This document shows positions 26,244 to 38,637 of a stretch of 64,000 nt of DNA, one piece after another. Position numbers and translations under genes: made by a program. Source of the stretch: an uncultured Clostridia bacterium (GTDB taxonomy: Bacteria; Bacillota; Clostridia; Oscillospirales; Acutalibacteraceae); NCBI GenBank assembly GCA_947623175.1, contig CANQGK010000003.1, positions 9,667-73,666 on the forward strand. Reading direction: 5' to 3'. The notes under the pieces are model-generated. The model saw nothing but the letters and a program-made list of their open reading frames with translations. It searched no databases and was not told the DNA's origin. The stretch's first letter is position 1, and the number at the start of each line of letters is the position of its first letter.

Positions 26244-27207
26244 GCAGCCTTTCTTTTATAATTTCCTGTGGCTGTCCCGTTTTAACGCCGCTGTATATTA
26301 TATTGAGATTTTTGATTTCGGTTTTTCGCGCTATCATATATCCCAAAAGCGGTTCGATACCGGAAGCTGCGCGTTTGCATACGGAAATTTTTTCGGTTAT
26401 GAGATCGTCGACGAATTTTTCGATTTTCCAGGGAGCCTGCTTGTATTTTTCCGCCGCCGTATCGCCCTTAAGCTCGGTGGTGCGCGAAAGTAGCTCCAAC
26501 ACCTTATCCTCGCCCGAAAGCGCCGCCGACTTAAGCTCTCTTTTCGACACGACGCCGGTTTCGGTTAAGGCGTTATCCAAAAACTCCGCCGTTTTCGCGG
26601 CTTTTGCCGCCCTTAACGCCGCTTTTATGTTATTGTAAAAAACCGTGGTTTTTATTATCTCTCGCACTATGCCCGCTTTGCATTCGCCGGCTTTTTTAAG
26701 CTGTGCTTCCATGCATGCGGCGTCGGCAATACTGTCTGCAAGCTGGGGATCGCCCTCCTGCGTCAAAGCCTCGTACGCCGCTTCGGCGGCGCTCGCCATA
26801 AACGGCGGCAGTAAATCAAAGCGTTTTTCCTTTACCGCGCGCTCGATAAACGAAACGTCGACGCTTGCGGGAACTATAAGCAGATTGCCGTAATCGACGC
26901 CCCTTAGCACCGCTTTTAAAATCGCTTTTAAATTATGAAAATCGTTTTCGTAAAAGAAGGGCTCAAACGCGGCCATATCGGGAGCAATATCGGTAATATA
27001 GCTCCAAAGCTCTCCGGTGTGACTTTTTATTGCCTCGGTGCATTCGGTCTGACCGATTCTGTCGCCTATTCCCTTATCCTTGAGCATGGAAAAAAGCTCT
27101 TTTGTACTGCCGGCGGAAAGGAGCTGCAAAAGGTCGTTATGCCCTAAAAGTCTGTTTTCTCTCGCGCGCAGATTTCCTATAGCAAAGCCGTAGGATTTTA
27201 CCAACAT
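26227..27207 (-). CDS. ntpC: V-type ATP synthase subunit C
   Basis: 326 aa in the operon position of NtpC. It is a helical protein with YGFAIGNLRARE at the N-terminus. Confidence 0.8.
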   Translation of the reverse strand: MLVKSYGFAIGNLRARENRLLGHNDLLQLLSAGSTKELFSMLKDKGIGDRIGQTECTEAIKSHTGELWSYITDIAPDMAAFEPFFYENDFHNLKAILKAVLRGVDYGNLLIVPASVDVSFIERAVKEKRFDLLPPFMASAAEAAYEALTQEGDPQLADSIADAACMEAQLKKAGECKAGIVREIIKTTVFYNNIKAALRAAKAAKTAEFLDNALTETGVVSKRELKSAALSGEDKVLELLSRTTELKGDTAAEKYKQAPWKIEKFVDDLITEKISVCKRAASGIEPLLGYMIARKTEIKNLNIIYSGVKTGQPQEIIKERLREVYG

Positions 27208-27222
27208 TGTCTCACCCGCTTT

Positions 27223-27792
27223 CTACAATTTTTCGGCTATGGCGTCAATAAGCCTCTCGCGTTTTTCATTTATAAGCGCTTCAAAGCCGCAATTTATAAG
27301 TATATCGTCATATTTGAGAATAAATCCGCCGTTGATATCGCCGAAATTTTCGCTCAAAGTAATATCAAGCTCCGAAAGCTTTTGCTTAAATTCGCGCGTG
27401 TCGCGCGAAGCGTCGGTTTTGCCGAGATACATAATTCCCGCCTTCGGTAGACGGTTTTTGGCGGCAAGCGACAGCAAAAAAGCAAAATATTCTTCGTCGG
27501 AATAGCCGTTGAGCTTTTCCGCGCTTTTTTTAAGAATTTCGCCGATAACGTCGCTTCTCACCCGCAAAACGGCATTGCGCTTTAAAAGCGCGGCGGAGGA
27601 TTCGGCGTTGGCGGCAATTACACCCGCCTTTTTTTCGGCTTCGGCAATTATTTCGTCTGCCTGCGCCTTGGCTTTTGCGTCGAATTCGAGTCTTTGAGCC
27701 TTTGCGCTGTTTTCGGCTTCGCTTATTATTTCTGCCGCTTGAGCTGCCGCCTCGGCTTTGATACCGTCAAGTATTTTTTCTTTGGCCGTCAT
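27223..27792 (-). CDS. ntpE: V-type ATP synthase subunit E
   Basis: 189 aa with an Ala/Glu/Lys-rich N-terminal helix and a globular C-terminus, in the operon position of NtpE. Confidence 0.8.
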   Translation of the reverse strand: MTAKEKILDGIKAEAAAQAAEIISEAENSAKAQRLEFDAKAKAQADEIIAEAEKKAGVIAANAESSAALLKRNAVLRVRSDVIGEILKKSAEKLNGYSDEEYFAFLLSLAAKNRLPKAGIMYLGKTDASRDTREFKQKLSELDITLSENFGDINGGFILKYDDILINCGFEALINEKRERLIDAIAEKL

Positions 27793-27807
27793 ACTTAATC
27801 ACCACTG

Positions 27808-30283
<2,476 letters not shown>

Positions 30284-30319
30284 TTACATCACCTCACTTA
30301 AATCTCATTCGTAAAAGCG

Positions 30320-30673
30320 CTATTCGCTTAAAACCGCAATTACGGCTTTTTGCGCGTCTTCGCTTTTTTCTTCATAGCCGGCTTTGAGCTTAAGGCTTTC
30401 CTTTTGCGCCTCGTCGCTCGCCGCGGCAAGCGCTTTTTCGGCGTCAAGCTTTGCTTTTTGCATAATCTGCTCTGCCCGAGCGTTTGCTTCGGCTATTACG
30501 GCGTCAAATGCCGACTTTGCGTCGGCGGCGGAATTTGCGATAATTTCTTCCGCTCGAAGTTTGGCTTTTTCAACCGATTCGGCTGCCTTTTCTTCCGCTT
30601 CTGCAATTTCCTCAACCGTTTTCTTAGCCAAGCTATCACCCCTTTTATCGTTTGAATAAGGCAATACAATCAA
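30320..30673 (-). CDS. V-type ATP synthase small stalk subunit (G/H-like; NtpF position)
   Basis: An Ala/Glu/Lys-rich helical protein and the first gene of the operon. The true start is probably the TTG at 30631 (preceded by AGGGGTG), giving about 104 aa. Confidence 0.65.
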   Translation of the reverse strand: MIVLPYSNDKRGDSLAKKTVEEIAEAEEKAAESVEKAKLRAEEIIANSAADAKSAFDAVIAEANARAEQIMQKAKLDAEKALAAASDEAQKESLKLKAGYEEKSEDAQKAVIAVLSE

Positions 30674-30878
30674 GCTTAAACTTTTGCGGTTTACACTTAA
30701 TTGAATTATATATATTTTACACCCAAAGAAAATAAATGTAAATATGTAAAAGTTTTAAATTTTTGTTAAAAATTCTACAATTTTTTAGCATATTTTATTC
30801 GTGATGAAAAAAACACTTCTTTTTTTCATCATTATTTGTTATAATAAAGTGTATATAGCTTGCTTTTAAGAAAACACG

Positions 30879-31646
30879 GTGATTGTTGTGAATATTTTAA
30901 TTGACGGACTGAATATCGAATATACCGACACGGGCAGGGGCATTCCCGTATTATTGCTTCACGGTTGGAATTCTTCATACGAAGTTTACCGCGGCGTTAT
31001 TTCCGCCCTGTCCGACCGCTGTCGCCTTGTGGCGCTTAACTTCCCCGGCTGCGGCGGCTCGGACGTTATGAATAAGCCATGGACGTTAGACGACTACTGT
31101 GATCTGGTTTTAAAATTTATGAAGACTGTAGGTCTTGAAAACCCCGTAATGATAGGCCATTCGCACGGCGGCAGAACAATACTTAAAATGGTATCCTCCG
31201 GTATGGTAAGCCCGCCGAAAATAGTCCTGCTCGACTCGGCAGGGCTTATACCGAAAAAATCCTTAAAGCAAAAGCTCAAAGCCAAAAGCTTTAAAATAAT
31301 AAAGGGCATACTTACGCTTCCCGGCATTAAAAATCACAGCGAGGCGCTATTGGACAAAGCCCGGCGGCATTACGGCTCGGCGGATTACAACGCCGCTCCC
31401 GAGGTGCTTCGCAAAACCATGGTTTCGCTTGTAAATACCGATTTGCGCGACGAGCTTTACAAAATAAACTGCCCCACCCTGCTTATTTGGGGCGATAAGG
31501 ACACCGCAACCCCGCTTAGCGACGCGGAAATAATAAAAAGCCGTATCAAAGATTCGGGGCTTTGCGTTTTAAAGGGCGCCGGGCATTATTCCTTTTGCGA
31601 AAAGCCGTACGAAGCCCATGCAATACTCAGAAGCTTTATAAGCTGA
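30879..31646 (+). CDS. alpha/beta hydrolase
   Basis: 255 aa with HGW near the N-terminus, the nucleophile elbow GHSHGG, and a C-terminal GAGHY. Confidence 0.8.
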   Translation: MIVVNILIDGLNIEYTDTGRGIPVLLLHGWNSSYEVYRGVISALSDRCRLVALNFPGCGGSDVMNKPWTLDDYCDLVLKFMKTVGLENPVMIGHSHGGRTILKMVSSGMVSPPKIVLLDSAGLIPKKSLKQKLKAKSFKIIKGILTLPGIKNHSEALLDKARRHYGSADYNAAPEVLRKTMVSLVNTDLRDELYKINCPTLLIWGDKDTATPLSDAEIIKSRIKDSGLCVLKGAGHYSFCEKPYEAHAILRSFIS

Positions 31647-31692
31647 CGCGCAGTTTTTATGTTTACGGCAAAATGCAGAATGGAGATTATTT

Positions 31693-33261
31693 ATGAATTA
31701 TTTCTTTTTGACAGCGCTGATTGCGGCATGCTTTTACGGCTTGTTTTCGCTTACCCGCCAGCTTCAAATGCTTCAACAAAATTCCTACTACCCGTCAAGA
31801 TACACCCGCTGGCTTAGGTCCAACCTGCCCATTTTTTCCACAGCGGCGTATTTTTTGATTTCACTGCTTGTTTTCTTGAAATACTATTCGCTTACGGCGG
31901 TATTTTCAATAGCTTTCGCGGCGATATGCGCGGTAAACGCCGTAAAGGTGCAGAAAAAATCCGTTAAAAAGCTGATATTTACCGCGAGAATAAAGCGGCT
32001 TTACGCATGCGCTTTTATAATTTACATTATCCCGCTCGGATTTTTTATATTTTTTAAAAATACGCTTTTCGGCAATATTTCCGCCTCTGTACTTCTGCTT
32101 CTTGCCTTTATATCCCCGATTACCGTTTATATCTGTCGGACGCTTATGTCGCCCGTCGAAAAGCTTATATCGAAGCACTACGTAAACGACGCCAAAAGAA
32201 TTTTAAAGGAACACAACAATTTAAAGGTCATAGGCGTTACCGGAAGCTACGGCAAAACCGGAGTAAAGTTTATCTTAAACCGCATTTTGAGCGAAAAATA
32301 CAATACCGTCTGCACTCCGCAGAGCTTTAATACGCCGATGGGCGTAGTCAGAACCGTGCGAAGCGCGCTTAAGCCGCAAACGCAAATTTTTATATGCGAA
32401 ATGGGCGCCAAAAATATCGGCGATATCAAGGAAATATGTGATATCGTCCACCCCGATTACGGAATTATAACCTCGGTGGGAGCGCAGCATCTCGAAACCT
32501 TTAAAAGTATAGACAACGTATATAAAACCAAGTTTGAGTTGGCGGACGCGGTAAAGCTAAAGGGCGGCAAAACCTTTGTAAACGCCGACAGCGCCGAGAT
32601 CAAAGCCCGTATAAAGAACGGCGAATACCTGCTTTACGGAACCGCGGGCAATTGCGATTTTTATGCCGAAAATATTTCTTACGGCAGAAACGGTTCGGAA
32701 TTTGATTTGAATTTGGGGAATGAAAAAATCCATCTTACCTCCCGACTTTTGGGGCTTCACAGTATTATAAACATCACCGGCGCCGCGGCGTTGGCTTATA
32801 CCTTGGGCGTTTGCGTAGACGATATAAAATACGCCGTAGCATCCCTTAAAGCCTACGAGCACCGGCTCGAGATGAAGCAATCGATAGCCGGCTCGCTTTT
32901 GATAGACGACGCTTACAACGCCAACCCCGAGGGCTCGATAGAGGCGGTGCGGGTGCTCGGTTCGTTTGACGGCATGAAAAAGGTCATCATAACCCCGGGG
33001 CTTATAGAATTGGGCGAAAAAGAATACGAATATAATTACAACTTGGGTCTTGAAACGGCAAAGAAGTGTGATATAATAATTTTTGTCGGCAAAAACCGTT
33101 CAAAGCCCTTGCAGGACGCCGTAAACTCCACCGATTTTGATAAATCCCACTTGTTTGTGGCGGAAAGCTTTGCGGAAAGCATGAAAATTTACTCCGAATT
33201 TGCCGACGGCAACACGGTTCTTTTGATAGAAAACGATTTGCCCGACAATTATTTAAATTAA
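31693..33261 (+). CDS. murF: Mur ligase family protein (MurF-like) with an N-terminal multi-TM extension
   Basis: 522 aa. The first ~150 aa are hydrophobic (about 4-5 TM helices). Then come VIGVTGSYGKTG (P-loop), CEMGA, GAQHLE and DDAYNANP. It lies immediately upstream of ddl. Confidence 0.7.
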   Translation: MNYFFLTALIAACFYGLFSLTRQLQMLQQNSYYPSRYTRWLRSNLPIFSTAAYFLISLLVFLKYYSLTAVFSIAFAAICAVNAVKVQKKSVKKLIFTARIKRLYACAFIIYIIPLGFFIFFKNTLFGNISASVLLLLAFISPITVYICRTLMSPVEKLISKHYVNDAKRILKEHNNLKVIGVTGSYGKTGVKFILNRILSEKYNTVCTPQSFNTPMGVVRTVRSALKPQTQIFICEMGAKNIGDIKEICDIVHPDYGIITSVGAQHLETFKSIDNVYKTKFELADAVKLKGGKTFVNADSAEIKARIKNGEYLLYGTAGNCDFYAENISYGRNGSEFDLNLGNEKIHLTSRLLGLHSIINITGAAALAYTLGVCVDDIKYAVASLKAYEHRLEMKQSIAGSLLIDDAYNANPEGSIEAVRVLGSFDGMKKVIITPGLIELGEKEYEYNYNLGLETAKKCDIIIFVGKNRSKPLQDAVNSTDFDKSHLFVAESFAESMKIYSEFADGNTVLLIENDLPDNYLN

Positions 33262-33262
33262 G

Positions 33263-34465
33263 GTGATAACAGTGAAAACCAACGTAGCAGTTTTTTTCGG
33301 ATGCCGCTCGGTAGAACACGAGGTTTCGATTATTTCCGCCGTTCAAGCGATGCACGCCATTGATCGCGATAAATACGACGTAACCCCCGTATACGTGGCA
33401 AAATCGGGTGAAATGTACACCGGCGACGCGCTTTTTACAATTGAAGAATACCGCGATTTGCCTCAGTTGCTTAAAAAGTGCGATAAGGTAGTGCTTATGC
33501 GCGAGGACGATAAAGTGGTCTTAAGCTTTTTGAAAACCGGCATTTTTGCCAAAAAGCAAAAAGTACAGATAGACGTCGCTTTTCCCATAGTTCACGGCAC
33601 CAATTGCGAGGACGGCACGATAGCGGGATTTTTCGAATTTTTAAATCTCCCCTACGTCGGCTGTGACGTGCTCTCCGCCGCTGTCGGTATGGATAAAGCC
33701 GTTTTCAAGGACGTTCTTAAAAACGCGGGACTGCCGGTGCTCGATTATATTTGCATAAGAGCCCGCGAATATGCGGCGAACAAAGCCGACGCGGTTAAGC
33801 GAATAACCGAAAAAATAGGCTTCCCACTTATTGTAAAGCCGGTCAATTTAGGCTCGAGCGTAGGCATTTCCAAGGTCGACTCCCCCGAAGCGCTCGACGA
33901 AGCCGTCGGCCTCGCCTTTTCGTTTGCGGATAAGATTTTGATAGAGCACGCCGTTACCGCCATAAGAGAAATCAACTGCTCGGTACTCGGCAATCCCGAT
34001 TCCTGTATTGCGAGCGTATGCGAGGAGCCTGTTATGAGCGACGAGATACTTTCGTATAAGGACAAATATATGGGCGGCTCCAAAAGCGGCGCGAGCAAGG
34101 GCATGGCGTCCTTGGGCAGAAAAATCCCCGCCGATATCGACGACGCAAAGGCGGAAGAAATCAAAAAGCTTTCCTGCGAAATTTTCAAGGCGGTGGGCGC
34201 CTGCGGCGTTGTGAGAATTGACTTTATTCTCGATACCGATACCGACGCCGTATACGCAAACGAAATAAATACGATTCCAGGCTCGCTCGCTTTTTACCTT
34301 TGGGACGCCGCGAATATCCCTTACAAAGAGCTTTGCGACCGCCTTATTGATTTGGCTTTTGCAAGACAGCGCAGCCGCGAAAACATATCGTATACCATCG
34401 ATACCAATATACTCTCCGGCGTATCGTTCGGCACAAAGGGCGCTAAAGGAGCTAAAATGCCATGA
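33263..34465 (+). CDS. ddl: D-alanine--D-alanine ligase
   Basis: ATP-grasp Ddl signature (VAVFFGCRSVEHEVSIISA, FPIVHGTNCEDGTIAGFFE, KPVNLGSSVGI, NEINTIPG). An alternative GTG start at 33272 is possible. Confidence 0.88.
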   Translation: MITVKTNVAVFFGCRSVEHEVSIISAVQAMHAIDRDKYDVTPVYVAKSGEMYTGDALFTIEEYRDLPQLLKKCDKVVLMREDDKVVLSFLKTGIFAKKQKVQIDVAFPIVHGTNCEDGTIAGFFEFLNLPYVGCDVLSAAVGMDKAVFKDVLKNAGLPVLDYICIRAREYAANKADAVKRITEKIGFPLIVKPVNLGSSVGISKVDSPEALDEAVGLAFSFADKILIEHAVTAIREINCSVLGNPDSCIASVCEEPVMSDEILSYKDKYMGGSKSGASKGMASLGRKIPADIDDAKAEEIKKLSCEIFKAVGACGVVRIDFILDTDTDAVYANEINTIPGSLAFYLWDAANIPYKELCDRLIDLAFARQRSRENISYTIDTNILSGVSFGTKGAKGAKMP

Positions 34466-35646
34466 TGCCGCTGCTTGTAAAGCTGTTTGTAAAAAACAGC
34501 GAAAACGTTAAGGACAGCAAGGTGCGCGCCGCGTACGGCGCCTTGGGAAGCATTACGGGAATATTCTGTAACCTTTTGCTTTGCGTATTCAAGATTGCTG
34601 TCGGCGCGATAGCCGGCAGTATTTCTATTTTGGCGGACGGATTCAACAATCTTTCGGATATGGCGTCCTCGGTCATTACCATGATAGGCTTTAAAATGGC
34701 GAACAAACCCGCCGACAGGGATCATCCCTTCGGACATGGCAGAATGGAATATATAAGCGCGTTTATAGTCTCCTCGCTTATATTGCTCGTAGGCGCCGAG
34801 CTGCTCAAGTCCTCGGTCATGGCTTTAATAAACAAAGAAGCGGCGCCCGAATATTCGCATATCGCAATTGCGGTTTTGGCGGTATCGGTGCTTATAAAGC
34901 TTTACATGTTCTTTTTTAACCGAAAATTGGGCAAAAAAATAAACTCCGACGCTTTGCTTGCCAACGCACAGGATTCTTTGAACGACTGCATAACGACCGG
35001 CGCCATATTACTGTCGGTGGGAATATCCATAGCGGTAAAGCCGACCTTTAACCTTGACGCCGTTATGGGCATACTCGTAGCGATATTTATAATCTATTCG
35101 GGCATAAGCTCCGCCAAAAGCACTCTGGATCGCATACTCGGCACCAAGCCCGAAAAATCGCTTATTAAGGAAATAGAAAATATCATCCTTTCCTTTAAGG
35201 AATTTCACGGCATACACGACCTTATGGTGCATAATTACGGCCCCGGAAGGCAGTTTGCGTCGGTTCACGTGGAAGTGCCGCAAAACAGCGATATAGTAAA
35301 ATGCCATGAAAAAATAGATCTGTGCGAAAAGCTTGTAAGCGAACGGCTGGACATTCAGCTTGTAATTCATATGGATCCTATAGATACCGACGATAAAACC
35401 GTGACCGAAACGCGCGAAACCATAGCAAACCGCCTTAAAACGATACATCCGGCTATGACGATCCACGATTTCAGAATGACTCCCGTCTGCCGCGATCGCA
35501 CAAATCTTATTTTCGACGTCGTGGTGCCCTCCGATTTAAAGCTTGGCACCGATGAATTGAGCGAAAAAATCAAAGCCGAAGCCCAAGAAATAAATCCCTC
35601 GTACATGTGCGTTATTACCTTTGATAACGACTATACGGGAAACTGA
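34462..35646 (+). CDS. cation diffusion facilitator family transporter
   Basis: 394 aa with SILADGFNNLSD, DRDHPFGHGRMEY and a C-terminal cytoplasmic domain. Its start overlaps the ddl stop by 4 nt. Confidence 0.85.
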   Translation: MMPLLVKLFVKNSENVKDSKVRAAYGALGSITGIFCNLLLCVFKIAVGAIAGSISILADGFNNLSDMASSVITMIGFKMANKPADRDHPFGHGRMEYISAFIVSSLILLVGAELLKSSVMALINKEAAPEYSHIAIAVLAVSVLIKLYMFFFNRKLGKKINSDALLANAQDSLNDCITTGAILLSVGISIAVKPTFNLDAVMGILVAIFIIYSGISSAKSTLDRILGTKPEKSLIKEIENIILSFKEFHGIHDLMVHNYGPGRQFASVHVEVPQNSDIVKCHEKIDLCEKLVSERLDIQLVIHMDPIDTDDKTVTETRETIANRLKTIHPAMTIHDFRMTPVCRDRTNLIFDVVVPSDLKLGTDELSEKIKAEAQEINPSYMCVITFDNDYTGN

Positions 35647-35711
35647 AAAACGGATTTGCCGTATACGAAATATTTTGTCGAATTTTGACTTTTCTTCGAA
35701 AATCCGCCGAA

Positions 35712-35755
35712 ATTTTAAAAAATTTTTAAATTGATTTTAAAAAATTTTTAAATTG
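35712..35755. repeat. perfect tandem duplication of a 22-bp AT-rich unit
   Basis: attttaaaaaatttttaaattg occurs twice (35712-33 and 35734-55), just upstream of the veg promoter. Confidence 0.9.
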
Positions 35756-35760
35756 ACTTC

Positions 35761-35789
35761 TTGCATTTTTTTACTGTTTTTGTTAAAAT
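35761..35789 (+). promoter_or_regulatory. putative veg promoter (extended -10)
   Basis: TTGCAT, 17-nt spacer ending in TGt, then TAAAAT. Confidence 0.5.
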
Positions 35790-35883
35790 AATTATATAAA
35801 TCTCGCCCGAGCAAGCCTGTGGGATCGCCCCCGTCGGCTCAGCCGGGCGGTTTATTCTTTATTCTCAACAAGAGGGTGTTAAG

Positions 35884-36129
35884 ATGACTTCGTTGGATCT
35901 AATCAAGCAAAAAATAAATACGCTGTATCAAACGCACGCGGTGATCCACATCAGCATAGCGATGTCGCATCCGAAAGTGTCCGTGCGAAACGACCTTGCC
36001 GTTATAAGCGGGATATATCCGCATATTTTTCAGGTCGAGGAGTGCGGCGGTAAAGGTCGCCGCCACACCCTGCAATACACGGATATTTTGACCGAAAACG
36101 TAAAAATCGCCGAGCTTGATGAAATGTAA
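35884..36129 (+). CDS. veg: Veg family protein
   Basis: 81 aa with SGIYPHIFQVEE...YTDILTENVKI, similar to B. subtilis Veg. Confidence 0.85.
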   Translation: MTSLDLIKQKINTLYQTHAVIHISIAMSHPKVSVRNDLAVISGIYPHIFQVEECGGKGRRHTLQYTDILTENVKIAELDEM

Positions 36130-36157
36130 AAGAGTGAAATTTAAAATAATGAATTTT

Positions 36158-36196
36158 AAAACACGGCGGCGGGAAAAGTTCCCGCCGCCGTGTTTT
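36158..36196. terminator. bidirectional hairpin terminator
   Basis: aaaacacggcggcggg-aaaagtt-cccgccgccgtgtttt, a 16-bp perfect stem. Confidence 0.8.
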
Positions 36197-36241
36197 ATTT
36201 GCGGCCTTAAAAATCTGTCCACCGCCCGGGCAAAACCTGCT

Positions 36242-36730
36242 TTAAACCGAAAAATTTATTTCCTTGCCGCTCGCTTTATAAAGGCGGTATTTAACTCCGG
36301 CGGAATCGAACATTCTTTTCGACGCCAAAACGCTGTCCGAGTCGGCGTATTTGTCTGACATATAGATCACTTCCGCTATGCCCGACTGAATGATTGCCTT
36401 TGCGCATTCGTTACAGGGAAACAGGGTTGTATAGACGGTACAGCCCTTTACCCCGCCCACCGCGCAGTTCAAAATGGCGTTAAGCTCGGCGTGGCAAACG
36501 TACAGGTATTTGGAATTAAGGGCTTCGCCCTCTTTATTCCATGGATATTCGTCGTCGCTGCAGCATTTCGGCATACCGTTATATCCCATGGAAAGTATGC
36601 GCTTATCCGCATTAACTATACATGCCCCGACCTGAGTGGACGGATCCTTGCTTCGCATTGCCGAAAGGGTGGCAATGCCCATAAAATACTCATCCCAGCT
36701 TAAATAATCCTGTCTTTTCAAAAGTCTCAC
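36242..36730 (-). CDS. dCMP deaminase (ComEB-like)
   Basis: 162 aa with the HAELNAI and PCNECAKAI zinc motifs. Confidence 0.9.
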   Translation of the reverse strand: MRLLKRQDYLSWDEYFMGIATLSAMRSKDPSTQVGACIVNADKRILSMGYNGMPKCCSDDEYPWNKEGEALNSKYLYVCHAELNAILNCAVGGVKGCTVYTTLFPCNECAKAIIQSGIAEVIYMSDKYADSDSVLASKRMFDSAGVKYRLYKASGKEINFSV

Positions 36731-36731
36731 C

Positions 36732-37919
36732 TCATATTGTTTTTTTATCCGCTGCCGATAAAATCACCGCGGCGATTATCATTAAAATCGGGAATATACT
36801 GCCCGATAAAAAGCCGATATTCAAACCGTAAGAGTCGGCGACTATGCCCAATACCCACGGTCCTAAGCTGCAGCCGATATCGCCGAGCAGAGCAAAGCTC
36901 GAGAACATAACGGCGCCGCCGTTTTTTAAATCCTTTGCCCCTGCCGAAAGGATTCCGGGCCAGAAAACGCTTACGGTAAATCCGCAAAAAGCACAGCAAA
37001 TAAGCGCGACAAACGGTATATGGCATATCGCCACGGTAAGATAACATAAGAAGCAAAGGGTGCTTAAAACGATAACGGTCTTGTTAAACGAGAGCTTTTC
37101 CGCTCTTTTTGCGTACCAGACTCTGCCGGCGCCCATAAGCAGTGCAAAGGCGCAGGGGCCCGCCAAATCGCCGACGGTTTTCGGAACCTTCAGCGCCTGC
37201 TGAGCGAACATGGACGCCCACTGTGACATTGCTACCTCGCATGCGCCCGCGCAGAGCATCATGACCAGATAAAAATAATATCTTTTATCGTTTAAAAGGG
37301 TTTTAATCGAGCCCTTTTCCTCGTCTTTTGCAAACTCGACAAGCGGAACCTTTAAAAAGGCGAAGATATTTATAAAGGGAACAATCGCCCAAACGACCGG
37401 TATAAAATACCACAGCTCAAAACCCGTAAAAAATATAAGCACGGTGGTGATTATTATGGTAAACGCCTGCCCCCAGCAGAAAAAGGAGTGAAGTATCGCC
37501 ATATTGCCCGATTTATTATCCGTAGGCAGGGCTTCCACTATAGGGCTTATTATAACCTCGATAAGCCCGCTTCCGAAGGCGGTTATTATTATGGATATTA
37601 TAATCGCGGAATAGGTATTGCTCATAATTTGCGGCAGTATGCCGAACAGCACAAGCCCGACGGTTGCCGAAATATGCGCCAAAACCGCACAGCCTCTGCA
37701 GCCGAAAACTTTGAGAATTTTGGGCGCCGATAAATCGATAATTATCTGCGCTGTAAAATTAAAAATTATAATTCGCGCCAGCTGCTCATAGCTCAAACCG
37801 TAAATGCTTTGCAAAGCGATAAAAAGAATGGGCAGAAAATTATTTACTATAGCCTGTACTACGTATCCCGTATAGCAGGCAAGCTTTGTTGAGCGATATT
37901 TATTTTTCATTGATTTCAT
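36732..37919 (-). CDS. MFS transporter
   Basis: 395 aa, about 12 predicted TM helices, general MFS-like composition. Confidence 0.7.
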   Translation of the reverse strand: MKSMKNKYRSTKLACYTGYVVQAIVNNFLPILFIALQSIYGLSYEQLARIIIFNFTAQIIIDLSAPKILKVFGCRGCAVLAHISATVGLVLFGILPQIMSNTYSAIIISIIITAFGSGLIEVIISPIVEALPTDNKSGNMAILHSFFCWGQAFTIIITTVLIFFTGFELWYFIPVVWAIVPFINIFAFLKVPLVEFAKDEEKGSIKTLLNDKRYYFYLVMMLCAGACEVAMSQWASMFAQQALKVPKTVGDLAGPCAFALLMGAGRVWYAKRAEKLSFNKTVIVLSTLCFLCYLTVAICHIPFVALICCAFCGFTVSVFWPGILSAGAKDLKNGGAVMFSSFALLGDIGCSLGPWVLGIVADSYGLNIGFLSGSIFPILMIIAAVILSAADKKTI

Positions 37920-38562
37920 TTATAATGTCGATTAACCGTTCGGGTTTTTCGGCTATGTAGGAAGCGCCGTTTTCGAGTAATTCTTGCTTTTCTCTGAATC
38001 CCCAAAGCACACCTATACCGATACAACCGGAATTTACGGCGGTTTTACAGTCCATACCGGAGTCGCCTATAAATACGCATTCCGACGGGTTTACGCCCAA
38101 ATTCGACATTACCTCGAGCGTAAGGGTGGGATCCGGCTTTGTGGGATAGCCCTCCCGCTTTCCGCATACTGCGTCGAATTTATCGCCCAAAAGCTTAGAT
38201 ACCACCTCGTCTGTCATCTCCTGCGCCTTATTGGAGATAACGGCGGTCTTAAATCCCGCTTTTTTTAAGCTTCCCACAACTTCCGCCATGCCGTCGTAAA
38301 CGTAGGATTTATCCTTATAATGGACACGGTAATGATCCATAAAAATTTTAAGCGCCTTTTCTTTGGTTGCCTCATCCCTGCTGTCCTCGGGTAAGGCTCT
38401 TTCGATAAGCTTCGGCATACCGTTACCCACAAACATTTTGAATTTTTCGGTTTTATGGGTGGGGAAACCGAGGGTTTTTAAGGCGTAATTGGTACTTGCC
38501 GCCAAATCCTCCAGGGAATTGACAAGCGTTCCGTCCAAATCAAATAAAACAGCTTTTATCAT
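37900..38562 (-). CDS. HAD family hydrolase (phosphoglycolate phosphatase-like)
   Basis: 220 aa with MIKAVLFDLDGTLVNS (DxDGT), ISNK and GDSGMD. Confidence 0.85.
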   Translation of the reverse strand: MIKAVLFDLDGTLVNSLEDLAASTNYALKTLGFPTHKTEKFKMFVGNGMPKLIERALPEDSRDEATKEKALKIFMDHYRVHYKDKSYVYDGMAEVVGSLKKAGFKTAVISNKAQEMTDEVVSKLLGDKFDAVCGKREGYPTKPDPTLTLEVMSNLGVNPSECVFIGDSGMDCKTAVNSGCIGIGVLWGFREKQELLENGASYIAEKPERLIDIINEINEK

Positions 38563-38637
38563 TTTTAAAATCCTTTATATACAAAAAACCCCTAAGCCTA
38601 AAGACAAAGACTCAGGGTTATTTGCAAGAAATTAAGC

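Noticed and set aside
35790-35883. A GC-rich imperfect hairpin followed by a T-rich run in the veg leader (about 35800-35865), considered as a possible riboswitch or attenuator.
   Set aside because: The pairing is imperfect, I cannot match it to any known riboswitch class by eye, and veg is not known to me to be attenuated. The support is too weak to report as a feature.
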